Assembly: GCF_035084215.1 (NCBI RefSeq) | Contig: NC_090327.1 | Coordinates: 113,026,001 to 113,090,000, forward strand | Direction: 5' to 3' | Source of the DNA: Heptranchias perlo | Lineage: Eukaryota | Length of the DNA stretch: 64,000 nt | In this document: piece by piece, positions 40,230 through 53,639 of the stretch | Position numbering within the stretch: position 1 is the stretch's first letter | How the letters are laid out: every line of letters starts with the position of its first letter | Notes under the pieces: generated by a model | Seen by the model: the letters and a program-made list of their open reading frames with translations, nothing else | The model's database searches: none | What the model was told of the DNA's origin: nothing | Program-made: the position numbers and the translations under genes

Positions 40230-40850
40230 AGGAGTTTCTGGTCAATGACTGAACTGCAAAAACTAATTACTTCAAGAACAACATTTTAGTCACTGTTCAC
40301 CCTCTAAAAGAACTCATCATCTGCTTGATAACAAAATCAAAACAGCAACTGCTTCTAGTTCTGGAGAGTGCAAAATACTCTCCTCCTCTTACACTCTAAT
40401 TGGTGCACATAGCAGCCAGCAACGCTCCAGTCAGCATCTTCTCAGAGCTCTCTTGTGAATCAATGAGCAGAGTAAAGGAGGAGGCAGAGAGCTCCAGACG
40501 AAGAGCAAGCGGAGGAGTCAACAAGGCATTTTCATTTGCCTTAGGAAGAGGAGCGCAGCATTTGGTTTCCAGTGTAGCTTAATTCACAGGTGAACAGAGA
40601 GTGGACTTTCAGCTGTCCAAAGCTGTAGAGGATGTGTCTTCAGAAAATCCAAGCTGGATCTCTGCAGAGTCAATTGTCCGATTAAACTGTGAAGTGGAGC
40701 TTTTGCAGCACCAAAGCAAAACAGGCAGAGGTCTCTTTGACCATCCAGAGAACGGGGAAATCATCCCCGGATATTTCTTACTAGGGGCTGTTCTGAACAA
40801 CCGCCAAAACGCCTCGTGTTCTGTACCGCGCGAAAGGAGGGTCGTCCAAG
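40230..40850 (+). promoter_or_regulatory. RIMS2: Putative internal promoter / 5' UTR of RIM2gamma
   Basis: Non-repetitive stretch directly upstream of the gamma ATG with local CpG enrichment (40800-40850). The TSS is not identifiable from sequence. Confidence 0.5.
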
Positions 40851-40989
40851 ATGGTTAGACAGGGGCCAGACACTGGAAATGCTGGGTTGCGAATGCAGAG
40901 GTCTCAAAGCCGAATAAGCCTGTCTGCATCTTTTGAAGCCTTGGCTGTTTATTTCCCATGCATGAATTCTTTTGATGAAGATGATGGAG
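40851..40989 (+). CDS. RIMS2: RIMS2 gamma-isoform-specific first coding exon (MVRQGPDTGNAGLRMQRSQSRISLSASFEALAVYFPCMNSFDEDDG)
   Basis: ATG in good Kozak context (caagATGG). Peptide matches the recalled RIM2gamma/RIM4gamma N-terminal motif (M.RSQSR.SLSASFEALA.YFPCMNS). Phase-1 donor G|gtaag at 40989/40990 joins exon 52029 in frame (G+AG = Glu). Confidence 0.92.
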
Positions 40990-43779
40990 GTAAGAAAATT
41001 TACAAAGAAACCGCTGATCCACTGTACCTGTTGATTGACACTATAAAATTAAGGTAAAAGTGTTGACTCCATTATCTTATAATAGATGATATAAGTGCAA
41101 ACTGCTAGGAACATCTATATATATATTTAAAGCTCCTTAGACACTCCATTACTCATCAGTTATGTAGAAATTATCTCTTTAACCAGCAGAGGGACAAAGA
41201 AGTAATATTAAGCTCATATTCCTTACAATATTAAGTTATTTTTCCCTGACTGATCAAAACACTCCATGTCAGAGGAATTTTAATCCAGCATGAAGCACTC
41301 TCTGCAAATGTCCGTGCTGCACAAGCTAGTTTACACATGTTCTGTTTCACTTCCACAAAAATATGATAGAGAACACAGCAAAGAATTCCAATCTTCTTAT
41401 GTTTTTGTCATAGGATTCTCTTGTAATCTCCTGCTGATAGTGTCTCTCTCACTCACACACACACAACTTCTTTGCTGCATTCATTCCGTTTCTCACTTGC
41501 TCCCTCTCTGTCTTTCTTTCACACACACCTTGCCGATATTGTAGCTTCTGGGTAAGTGATGAATTGTGTTACAACTAAACAGCAAATGGCTTTCAATTTT
41601 TTACTTAAAATACATTACAGAGACTGTAGGTGGTACTTGTTTTAAAGTAATATTGATTTTTAAATACAAAAATGAAGAGAGAGAAAGTAATTTGCATTGT
41701 CTTCCTTGCCAGAAATAGAACATGTTTGTTCACTTAATAGTTAACACTAAGACTTTAGCGTCAACCAATTACAAATGAAGAATATACTAACAGCTCTTTA
41801 AAGTTATGAGTCAGCTTGCTCGATTATCATAGTATACATAAGGTGGCTGAGCCATTCACGTTGTAAAAATCAACTGTCACAATACACATGCAAAGGGCAC
41901 AGACTGACTCAAGTAATCTGATACCTGCTTCAATAAGGCAAAGTACCATTTTTTTTGCAGGGGTGGAGTTATTGCAAGCATCCTCAACAATTGAAAAAAC
42001 TTAATATTCAACAGTGTTTTTATACAATCTATCTTTGGTCCAATGGAAATAAATATTGAGTTATAATATAATATTTAGACTTTGGAAAGTTAAGTGTGTG
42101 TTCCTCTTTTCAGTTGCTATTCCTCATTATCCTAGTTAAGGTAACTCCCTTCTCCATTAAAGTTCAATATTTATTCATTGTTAGTGATGATGAGGGTCAT
42201 GTTTCTGGCTGTGGGCAGAGGCTGGATCTGTTAAATGTTCTTGTTACTCTGTCTTATTTCCCCTGGCGTTATCCTTTACCTCTCATTTTCTCAGACTCTT
42301 ACCACTGTTTTGCATGCATTGTTTGTTACTGCTCACTATGTGCATGAACTCTCTGGTGCCACCACATCAACAGAACTGTTTTAATCATTGTTCAATCATT
42401 GTGTGAGGATTCATATGGTCAGCTGATGAATAAAACATCATAATATTGATACCTGAAATGAGAAGACTGAAGTTCTTGCTTTCAAGTGAAACTTGACTCT
42501 TCTGTCTAGTTTGTAAAAATATATGTTGTTTCTGTTAATTGGTGGTAGGTCACTGGTTGCCTCTGTTAGGTAAATGATTTGCCTGACAGCTTCTATGGAG
42601 CACATGGACTGAGAAAATTGACGCTTTCACATCCCTTGTCTCACAGTGGGAAGTTGCAGGCTGCCTAGCAACAAGACCATCACTTGCAAAGGGAATTATA
42701 GGGACTTTGCACTAACCCACACGTGATAGGGTGAGAAGCTGAACAGAATGAAGCTATTAATTTATCCAGAAATCATGCGTGACTTATTTCAGAATTAAAT
42801 TAGAACAAAACTGAAATGCATTGTATAAACTCCCTTTTGTTGGCTACATGTTTGCATTAATGTCTGAGCATTTAATATTCCTTATAGTCACAGTTTCTTC
42901 AGTGTTTTACATTGTTGGCTTATTTGGAACGATGCAAGTCCCAAGGCTAAAGCCAGGAACAGCGTAAAATAATCCTTATTTTTATTAGATTTGAATGTCA
43001 ATTAAAATCACCCAGTGATGCAAAATTTTTTCACTATCACGAGTTTTAAATTTCATTTAATGATGCTAATCAGAATGGCTATTTGCTTCCTACCATTTGA
43101 TAGAAACCTTCATTTAGTCTTATTGTAGCAGCCTAATCAACTTTGGGTCAAAAGCTATAATCACTCAGTAAATAATGTTTGATTAGCTATTATCAATTTC
43201 CTCCCTACTTGATGTTTGTAAAAAGAATATAGATTTTTAAAAATCATGTAAATGTACACAATCCTTCCCATATGAAGATGGAAAATTGCATTAGTATTTC
43301 AACATTCCTATTTCATTTCAGTTCTTTAAACCACATCATTATTTCAAGCGTAACACTTATGTTCAATTTTGATGCTATTTCCTTAAAACCACTTGATCAC
43401 TGGATTGGGTACAGGGCAGGGTAAAAGCTTAGAGCAGCCTACGCTGTTACCACAGCAACAGAAGTCAGCGAATTAATGAAGAATAGCTGCAGTAATCCCT
43501 ATTCAGTCTTTGTAATAATATTTTCTGAGGCCTATTTTTGTCTCCATTTATAGTTCTTCTTCCCTACTTCCCACTCCCTTCAGGCCATATTCTATTACTG
43601 ATTGAAAAATGTTCTTCCATTTCTTCTTCCATTTCCTCACTTGATCAACCTAAGAACTGCTAGACAGCAAAGATTGACTCAAGCACCAATTAAAGAAAAA
43701 AAACTCATTGATTTTCTTTCCTTTCTTCTCAGTGAGGAAACATTTATAGCATTTATACAAAAAATACATACTTTGTTAA

Positions 43780-44780
43780 GCTAAACCTTTATAAAACACT
43801 AGTTAGGACTCAGCTTGATTGGCACCCCATCCACCACCCTAAACATTCACTCCCTTCACCACCGGCGCACTGTGGCTGCAGTGTGCACCATCCACAGGAT
43901 GCACTGCAGCAACTCGCCAAGGCTTCTTCGACAGCACCTCCCAAACCCGCGACCTCTACCACCTAGAAGGACAAGGGCAGCAGGTGCATGGGAACAACAC
44001 CACCTGCACGTTCCCCTCCAAGTCACACACCATCCCGACTTGGAAATATATCGCCGTTCCTTCATTGTCGCTGGGTCAAAATCCTGGAACTCCCTTCCTA
44101 ACAGCACTGTGGGAGAACCGTCACCACACGGACTGCAGCGGTTCAAGAAGGCGGCTCACCACCACCTTCTCAAGGGCAATTAGGGATGGGCAATAAATGC
44201 CGGCCTTGCCAGCGACGCCCACATCCCGTGAACGAATAAAAAAAAAGCTGGAGTATTGTGTTCAATTCTGGGCACCACACTTTCGGAAAGATGTCCAGGC
44301 CTTGGAGAGGGTGCAGAAGAGATTTACTAGAAAGGTACCAGGGATGAGGGACTTCAGTTATATGGAGAAGCTGGGGTTGTTCTCCTTAGAACAGAGAAGG
44401 TTAGGGGGACATTTGATAGTGGTGTTCAAAATCATGAACGGTTTGGATAGAGTAAATAAGGAGAAACTGTTTCCAATGGCAGAATGATTGGTAACCAGAG
44501 GACACAGATTTAAGGTGATTGGTAAAAGAATCAGAGGCGACATGAGGAAACATTTTTTTACGCAGCGAGTTGTAATGATCTGGAATGAACTCCATTGGAA
44601 GCAGATTCAATAGTAACTTTCAAAAGGGAATTGGATAAATACTTGAAGGGAAAAAAATTACAGGGCTATGGGGAAAGGGCAGGGGAATGGGACTAATTGC
44701 ATAGCTCTTTCAAAGAGCCGGCACAGGCAGGATGGGCTGAATGGCCTCCTCCTGTGCTGTACCTATTATAATACTTTGAT
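43780..44780 (+). mobile_element. CR1 LINE 3' end interrupted by a younger LINE
   Basis: LYKTLVR.Q / LEYCVQFWAPHFRKD is split by the 43815-44246 insertion. Confidence 0.9.
43815..44246 (+). mobile_element. Young LINE 3' end with A-tail nested in CR1
   Basis: Open ORF to HHHLLKGN*, then aataaa and an A-tail. Confidence 0.9.
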
Positions 44781-44854
44781 ACTAAACTTCACTCCACTCC
44801 ACGCTTTTGAAACACAGCTAGATTGAGATAACAAATTCAACACACAAAAAACCA

Positions 44855-45576
44855 TGGGGTCGATATTAACTCCTCCGCCTTGACGAATGGGAGAGAGTCG
44901 GGGGTGGGGTTAAAAATTTTAAATTGCGAAACGCAACCTCAACCCGCCGCGTACGCGCCTGGCGCCATTTTTACGGCGGCGGGTTACGTGTCGTGGAGAG
45001 GCGGGACACTTCATTATAATATTTAAATCAAGCTCCCACAGTGCTGGATTTCCAGGGCCCGGGAAACTCGGCAGCTAAATGGAGATGGGAGCAGCCAGAT
45101 CAAGCAGGATTTATAGCATTGCCTGTGAGCCAGAAGGAGCAGGAGTTTGCCCCCCGGCCCCTCAAGCAAACCGTCTGCCAATCACAGCCTCTCCTCGAAG
45201 CCGCAATCTGCCGTCCCCCACCCCCCCAACCCGCGATCCCGAACCCCCTTCTGCCCCACGATCCCGAGCCTTCTGTCCCCCGATCTTTCCTTCCCTCCCG
45301 ATTGCCAGTCTGACCCGCCCTCACTTCTGCCCCGCAATCTTTCCCGATTGCCGGGGACCGTCCACATTGGCCCCCGGCTGCGACCTTCTACCATTGGCTT
45401 TCCCACCCGGCAGCTGGCCAGCCTGTCAATCTGGCCGGCTGCCAGACGGGAAATGGAATCAAAAAATGATAATGATAATGAGGTCCTGCCGACCTCCACG
45501 TTCCCGGGATTGCTGTATTTTTTCCCTGCAACCGTACTCTCCCGTTCCCTCCTGCCTCATAAATAGCGGGGCCCAT
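44855..45576. mobile_element. Harbinger-like MITE
   Basis: Ends ggggtcgatatt and aaatagcggggccc. Shares gccagcctgtcaatc with 33091-33933. Confidence 0.7.
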
Positions 45577-45649
45577 GGATCTGCACCTATTTGCCAAGAG
45601 TTTTAAAAGTACATTCTTCATCAGAAAGCTTTTGAAGTTCTGAAAAAAC

Positions 45650-46590
45650 ATAGTAGTTGACTTGCTGTACCTAGACTTCCAAAAGGCATTTGACAAAGTT
45701 TCGCACGAGAGGTTATTCGTTAAGCTCAAAATAGTGGGGATTCAGGGTAAACCTTGGATATGAATGAGAAATTAGCTGAAGGGTAGAAAACAACAGTTAC
45801 TTGTTAGTTGGGGTAGGGGATGTACTGAGTGGGTTATCCCAGAGATTGTTTTTTGGGACCACTTCTGTTTCTAACTTACATCAAGACCTGAAAGCAATAG
45901 CCGAAGGCAAATTGGTCAAATTTGCAGATGATACAAAATTAGGAGAGCGGCAATGGAATCGGAGGAGGCAGCTCAGTAATCACAAGGTGGACAAAATGTG
46001 TAAGTGGGCGGAACAATGGCAGATGATATTTAATACAGATAAGCAAAAATGGGTGACGCATGTACTCCATAATTGATGTTGAAATAGCTAAGGATGAAGT
46101 TGAAAGAAACCTAGGAGTCTCAGTAGACTCAGCATTCAACATGTCTAACTGATTGAGAGCAGCAATCAACAGAGCCAATGGAATATTAAGCTATATAGCC
46201 AGAATGGTGGAGTACAAGTCAGAGGAAGTCATGAATAAACTGTATAGTGCTGCCTAGTACTGGACAGACTACTCAAGGTGTGGTCCGACTACAGCACTAT
46301 ACAGTTTGAAGGGAGACATTCAAGCATTGGAGACAATGCAGAGAAAAGCCACAAGGCTAATCCCTAGTGATAGAGGTGTGAGTTATGAGAAAAGACTGGA
46401 GAACTAGGGCTTTTCATCCTTAAATAGACATGTCTGAATAGGCAATCTTAAGAGAGATATAAGATAGTAAAGGATGTGAGCAAGTTAAATTTAGAAAATT
46501 GACTTGTGAGAATAGGACCAGGGGAGACAGGTTCAAACTAGTAAAAGGTAATTTTAGTATTGAAATCATGAAATTCTTCGTCACACAAAA
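45650..46590 (+). mobile_element. Decayed CR1 RT region
   Basis: YLDFQKAFDKV, KFADDTKLG and WQMIFN motifs. Confidence 0.85.
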
Positions 46591-48389
46591 TTTTAACTTG
46601 TTTCGCTTGGCACTAGTCTGGCCTGGTAACGGCCTTACCGCCCAATTAACCCTGACTATGCAGTCAGCAGCATTTTGAATAGGGCCTACCGTTGGGCACC
46701 CAAGGCGCACACCTCTTTCAAGTGATAGGCCCCTCTTAATATTGCCATTTTAGATTAGAACTGGTCGGAGCTACGCACGGAGCATGCTCCGACCAATTCC
46801 ATGGGCGATGCAGCAGAAGTGACCTGACAAAGGTAAGTTTGAAATTATTTTGTAATAATAATAACTCCGACTCCTCCAGGCCCCAAAACAATAACACGGG
46901 CTTGGACGTACCTTGCTGGCGGCCAGGGTGGCCCAGTATTGGCGATTTGATGTCCCAGCCTGATGTAAGTGAGGTACTGCTCTGCGCAGTGTACCTTTGT
47001 GGATGCGGAATATTCAGCCTGAGGTAAGCCACCGACTGTTGGCATGACATTGCATAATGATCTCCAAGTGAATATTTAGAGCCAAATTCCTACCAATCCT
47101 CATTCTTATACGTAGAGAAATCTATGAAGCACAGGACATGAAATTTCGAAAGATCACAGTAAATATTTATCAGTTTAGCATATAGGTGTCTTGCTCTCAC
47201 CAGCCAAACTTTCTCACCACCGCAGTCTGTGCTCTGGAACTAGAAAACAAACTTGTTTTTTTATCAGGAGTTCTGTTGGATGTGAGTGGCACTGAAAAAG
47301 CTGCAGAGAGAGAAAACTTGCTGTGAAGTAGAACTCATTTTTATCAGGATAGATCTTCAGTGAGTGCATATTCTGTATATTCTTTTGGTCATTTTGTTGA
47401 ACACAATGCAGCGGGTTTGGAAGCCCATGTACCGAGGGGTTATCTTTAAATAATCAGTGTTTCTTCCCATGATCTGTTTATCTTGATCTGTAAATGACCT
47501 GAGGAAGAATTTGAAATCCACAGCGTTTTTAAGAGTGGTGTTGGTGTCTGTGCAAGGGACAGAGCGAGATACGTTGACACTCATTCCGTTTGAACTGGTG
47601 TACAATTGTGTTTGTCTTTCTTACTGCACTATGAAAGGCAGCAGGTCACATTTTATTGAGACCTAAATTTTATTTAGGATTTTACTCTGGTGTTGATTTG
47701 TCAGAGCATTTACTTCCTTTTCAGTCTCAAGCACCGGAGACATTTGCAGTATCTCTGAAAACACATACAGGGGCGGCGTTAGAACTGTGCAATCTATGCA
47801 GTTGCACAGGGCCCTGAGCGGATCCAATGACAGGATCTAGGCAATGGCACTAGCTGATCCCTGATTATTTTATCAGTTACTTTTATATTACCTATTGCAA
47901 ACATCCTTTTCATGATCATACGTGTGTGGATTTGACACTAGATTAAGTAGGTGGTATTTAGTATCATTGTCCAGTTAATTGCAGGACCCCCAAATCAAAC
48001 CTTTGCACGGGGCCCCTGCAAGGCAGACACTGCTCCAGATCACTGTCAAAGGTACTAGCCGTAAAATAAGATGATTGCAAACTAAAGTGTGAAATTATTA
48101 CCATAATTAGATTTAATAGGGAAAAAAACCTTCTGATGCTATGACTAAGTGAAAGCATGAATATGCAGTACATGCATGTAAAGTTGTAGCCTGCTGTAAT
48201 TAAATCAGCTGTAATGGAGAAACAGAATTCATAAGAGAGACAATTTTAATCAAACTAATTTGGTGGAAGTTTTACAGTGCTATTCTGTTGCTTATCCTTA
48301 CAGTCCTTGCACATTTTAATATAGAGCAGCAAATCGTCCATGGCATTGCTCATGGTGACCCTGAGGATATGCAAAAATATGACATTTAA

Positions 48390-48865
48390 GGAATATAGAA
48401 ACAGGAGGTAGGCCATTCAGCCTCTTGAGCCTGTTCTGCCATTCAATTAGACCATGGCTGATCGGCACCTAAACTCCTTTTACCCGCCTTTGTTCCACAT
48501 CCCTTGATACCCTGACCTAACAAAAACCTATCGATCACAGTCTTGAAAATTTTAATTGTCCCATCATCCACAGCTTTTTGGGGGAGCGTGTTCCAGGTTT
48601 TCACTCCCATTTGTGTGAAAAAGGGCCACCTGATTTCACTCCTAAATGGCTTAGCTCTAATTTTAAGATTATACCCTCTTGTTCTGGATTCCTCCACCAG
48701 AGGAAAAAGTTTCTCTGTATCTACCCCACCAAATCCCTTAATCATTTTAAATACCTCGATTAGTTCATCCTTCAACCTTCTAAACTGAAGGGAATACAAG
48801 CCTTTAAACAATCTGGCTTCATCATTTAACCCTTTAAACTCTGGAATAATTCTGGTGAATCTGCC
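48390..48865 (-). mobile_element. CR1 3' end
   Basis: RFTRIIP...LIEVFKMIKG...SRTRG...WNTLP. Confidence 0.9.
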
Positions 48866-51049
48866 TGTGTGAAATTTGAAATGTGAAAGGAAAGAACACT
48901 TGCGGGAAGTGAACACTATTTGCAAGACTTTTAATATAAATTAGTAACTTCTGTTTTACATGATTTATCCATATTTGTGTATTTATTAGTATTTATTGCT
49001 CCATGTTTCTTTCATATGTGTATATAAATTCTGTCTTTGGAGTTGTAAAACCCACATTCAAACACTCAGTGGCTCAGCTGATACTTGGAAATTTAATGAA
49101 TGGTTACTGTGTAAAGCAGCAGCCTTTCTCCTTATGAAACAGACTCATTATTTGTTAATTACCCTACAGAATTTCCACATTACATGGGAAATTGAAACTT
49201 ATTTATTTGAACTAATAAAACACAGAGATCAAGTCTTTATTGCATGCTTACTTTGGAAATAAATCCATTTGATCCTCTCAAAACACAATAGTTACTTTGC
49301 AAATAATATTTAGAGAGTTTGAACATGCTTCGTGGCACCTACCCACGCACTACCAGCCTGATTGATGAAGCAGTGGGATGCCATCAGGGAATTATGGAAA
49401 CACTGCCAACTTGCAAGTGCCAGTGGCAGAGATCCATGCACAGGGCATTGTTTATTCTGACATATCAGTTCCGACCAAATAATGAGAGCTGATGGGAGAA
49501 TTGGGCCTTACCAACCGGTAGGAATTGAAAGACCAGCCTGTTGTCCGGCCATAAGCTTTTATTTTAAAGATTTGCATAACAATCAAAATAGATAAAGTTG
49601 AAACCAAGCAAACTAAAACAATAAATGAAAAAAGGATATATTAATAAAAATTTCCAAATGGTAACCCCAGCCATGATTACAAAACATTCACTGCAGGAAG
49701 CCAGCTGAAATTGAGAGGCTGCATGCCGACACTTCTCATGTTTTCGCATGACTTGTGCATGCATTGTCTAGTCTTGTCACAGTGATTGGATCGGGACCTA
49801 TAACAAGTTTGATGTAGTATGTCAGCTGTTCACTTCCATCAATTCAGTAGCAATAAGAAGCACAGACCTTGGTTTACAGATTGACAAAAGAATCCAACAT
49901 AAAGTACATCTCCTGCCACTGGTACTGGGTGCAGAAGCAGGAGCTGCTTTACTTCGCAATGTCACAGACTTGATTCGCACGTGATAGCTTTTTTGTGATT
50001 TTTTTTAGATTAGTAACTCGTGCAGTAGCGCTGTTATTAGGAAGCGCCCTCCATTTTGTTGAGCACTGTAGAAGTTGCTTTAAGATGAAGATATGAGGGT
50101 AGATTTTACATATTGGTGCTCCTGGCATGAAGCTTCACGTGCAAGGAGCACATAATGGGAATTCAGGCACTGAGGACAGCTTGAGCCCTGCAGGATTTTC
50201 TGTCCTTTAAAATTATTGGTCAGAAAGTTCTGCAAAGCCTGCTGATCTCCACCCCAAATTCCCAATTTTCACCCTGAGGGATTGAATCACAAATTGGTAA
50301 AACCTACCCTATAATATGATTTTGAAAAGTCTCGTGATCATCAGCAGATATTTTTATTTATTTATTTATTGTCAAATGTAATTGCAGGCTTGATGTGTGC
50401 ATATTATAATTTCCTGGATTTCAACTATCCTTGACCTGAAACTTATGATTAGTGTGCAGAATAACTACAGTTTTATTCTCTATCAGATACAATAATTGGT
50501 TGCATTTTTTATGACAGTTTTTTTGGTAATGTACAACTGTACCAGTAATATACTGGGTTTCCAACAGACAACCTGAGTCTGAATCCCAGTCACTAATTCG
50601 GATTTGGCTCCCCTTAAGGTGCTAGTTCCGGCTGCTTTGGGCAGGCTGGCGGATGGAATGCTTTGTCACAGTGAGTGGTCCAATTGGAATGCAGGAGGAG
50701 AAAAATATTGGTCTAAGATGAAACACACTACAAGCACCCTGCAAAGAACAGTCTCTGCCAGTTGACCAAGTGGCAGTGGAGACTTCTTTAACTCACTAGT
50801 CCCACCCTACAACCTGAAGGATTAGGCGTGGTAGAAGTGATCTAAGGAAAGGGGACGGAGGAGGCAAGTAGAACTTTTTTAAGGGAGTTGTGCCCCAGTC
50901 CAGATCTCATTTATTAACAACAAAACTGCTGTGTGCCCAAAGCAATACTTGAAAATGATAACAATGTCGTTTGTTGAACTGATTCCTGTTCCCCTACATT
51001 GTTTAGTAACATAATCTCAGTTTCAAAACATTGGCTCAGTTACAAAATG

Positions 51050-51352
51050 ACAGGAACAGGAGTAGGCCATTTAGCCCCTCGAGCCTGTTCCGCCATTGAA
51101 TTAGATCACGGCTCATCTGTATCTCAAATCCATTTACCTACCTTGATTCCATATCCATTAATACCCTTACCTAACAAAAATCTATCAATCTCAGTTTTAA
51201 AATTTCCAATTGACCCCCAGCCTCAACAGCTTTTTGGGGGAGAGTGTTCCAGATTTCCACTACCCTTTGTGTGAAGAAGTGCTTCCTGACATCTCCGCTG
51301 AGCAGCCTAGTTCTAATTTGAAGGTTATGACCCCTTGTTCTGGACTCCCCGA
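51050..51352 (-). mobile_element. CR1 3' end
   Basis: GESRTRGH...FFTQRVVEIWNTLPQKAVEA; same subfamily as 34603-35389. Confidence 0.9.
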
Positions 51353-52028
51353 CCAATGACAGCCAACGTTCACAAACAAGCAGCACTCGCTCAATTTTCA
51401 TGCATATCAAATAATAAAGCAATTGTTAGCACTAAAACGATTCTCATCTTAACAGTTGTACTACTAACCAGCAATCCCATTCTGCCTGGACAGTGTATGC
51501 TGCTGTTAAATGTATTCAAATAATTGGCACTGGGGGAAGATTTTCTATAACTGCTATGAGTAACAAACTCATAAACCTATTTAGAAAGAATGAGTTTACG
51601 ATTACATTGTACATAGCACACAGAGGAAATCTACCCCCAGTGTTGAGATTAAATCTTATTGTATTTGAGGCTCCTTCTGTAACTGGTCAATTAATTCGGT
51701 CTAAGAAGCATGTAGTTGGAAACAGTCAGAAATTGAAGCAGAAGGAGCCTAAAGGATGGAGGGCCACTGTGTTACAAATAGTAAAAGCAAGGAGCCACTT
51801 CTGCTAAGAAGTGACCATTCTGTTGTTGACCATTATGCCCCAGTGAGTGTTTTTCATACTATAAACTCTTGAACTATATTTGTTTCTATAGTTTGTATGA
51901 AAGGGTAATTTCGTAGAAGATCATCTCCTTTTCAGGATTGGACTCCTCTACCTGATCAATACTAATACAGTGCATGCAGTGTTCTCGAGATGATGTAACA
52001 TAGAATCTTCCCATACTTGTTTCCGCAG

Positions 52029-52170
52029 AGGCTGGAGGGAAGAAGCTGCGAAGTACCATCCAGCGCAGTACAGAAACTGGATTGGCAGTTGAAATGAGAA
52101 ATCGGATGACCCGGCAACCAAGTCGTGAGTCTACTGATGGGAGCATGAACAGCTACAGTTCAGAGGGAAA
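52029..52170 (+). CDS. RIMS2: RIMS2 exon: (E)AGGKKLRSTIQRSTETGLAVEMRNRMTRQPSRESTDGSMNSYSSEG(N)
   Basis: Acceptor ttccgcag, donor aa|gtaagt, 142 nt. Near-identical to the recalled RIM2 linker preceding C2B. Confidence 0.96.
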
Positions 52171-52779
52171 GTAAGTTCAGTATAAAGATGAACTCTGTTT
52201 TACAATGCAACTCAATAACAGTACATGGTGCTAGGGCACAAACTGATGTCCCATATCGCTAAGTTTTCCATCACTAAACTACCCTGAATCTAACATTCTG
52301 TGGAAATGGACAGATCAAGTCTTCAAAAGCGACCTGGTTCAGTGGATGGACCAAATGGCCTGGCCCTATGCCCACACTCTTTATAAGCCCACAATCATCT
52401 GCAAATAAATAAGTAATTATTGACTTAATTACAATGGAACTGAAGTATCAAAATATTTGGTGGACATTGTGTCAATGGTGTGGTGCTATTGTAAGATTTC
52501 AAGCCTGGGCATTGTTCCAAAAAATCCCTCAATGTGTTTGTATCTAACTTCTCCCTTTGGTATCCCAACAGAGCTGTTAACCCACTCGTTAACTCCGCCT
52601 CTAAAATAGTGGAGAGAGGAGTTTGATACAAGTACATTAAGCGTTCATACACTAACATGGCTCATGGTCATTTCTAGGATATAATGTCAGCCAGATGTGC
52701 ACAGTGAAAATGATGGGTATAGTAAGACTGGCCATCACAACATGTTAAAGCTCCTTGTATACTCACTCAAATTAGAATT

Positions 52780-52930
52780 ATTTTCCAATTTTCTCCCCAC
52801 TTTCCCTCTCCATCTCCTCTCCTCCAGTTGCTGACTCATACTGGTGTGGCCATTCATCATGAGTGAGCCCTGACAGTGAGAGCTATTTACCCACTGAGAG
52901 GCACAATCCGGACCTGATTCTGTCCTTACC
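52780..52930 (-). mobile_element. AmnSINE2-like fragment (another at ~15025-15145)
   Basis: ggccattc.tca.g..tgagcc..gacagtgag block shared with the other copies. Confidence 0.45.
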
Positions 52931-53526
52931 ACCATGGGATGACAGAAAATGGAGGCCAGATATTTGCCAAAAGGTGAAGGGAAAATTGGTAAGGCAGTCA
53001 TTTCTGGGTTGCTGTTGTAAGGTCCCTAGCAATCAGTTTGAAGTGACACTAGTGGAGTTGTACCCTCTTGGCCATAGATGACATTTGACTCTGAGAGATC
53101 AAGCAATGGTCAGAAAGCAAAAAACCTCAAGAGGAAAGAACCTGAACCTGTTCAAAAAATAACAATTTTGCTAGCCTCCAATCTGACTGCTACTCTAGGT
53201 CCAGGTTTTGTTAGAAAACAATTCTCTCTGTGGTTGAAAGTTAAGAGGGTTTTTTAAGTTTTTATTTTCTTACACATTACTGAACTAGGTATGGCGTCTA
53301 ATGATAATAATGAATGAAAAGCCACAAATATGAGGTGTTCCCAAACCTTACTAATATGTATACATCTCATTGCATAAATGTAAAGATCAAGAAATATAAA
53401 TTACAGCACAAATTTCAAGATTGAGGTTAAAAATTAATCTTTAGTGCAAGCTCACATTCCCATGTCTGCAAGATTACTAAGTATAACACTCAATTTCCTT
53501 TTCTCTTGCACTTACTTTCCTCATAG

Positions 53527-53639
53527 CCTTATCTTTCCTGGTGTTCGATTGGCATCAGACAGCCAATTCAGCGATTTTCTGGATGGCCTTGGCCCAGCCC
53601 AACTGGTTGGACGTCAGACACTAGCAACACCATCCATGG
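53527..53639 (+). CDS. RIMS2: RIMS2 exon: (N)LIFPGVRLASDSQFSDFLDGLGPAQLVGRQTLATPSM(G)
   Basis: Pyrimidine tract plus catag acceptor, donor g|gtaagc, 113 nt. Phases are compatible with both neighbours. Confidence 0.96.
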
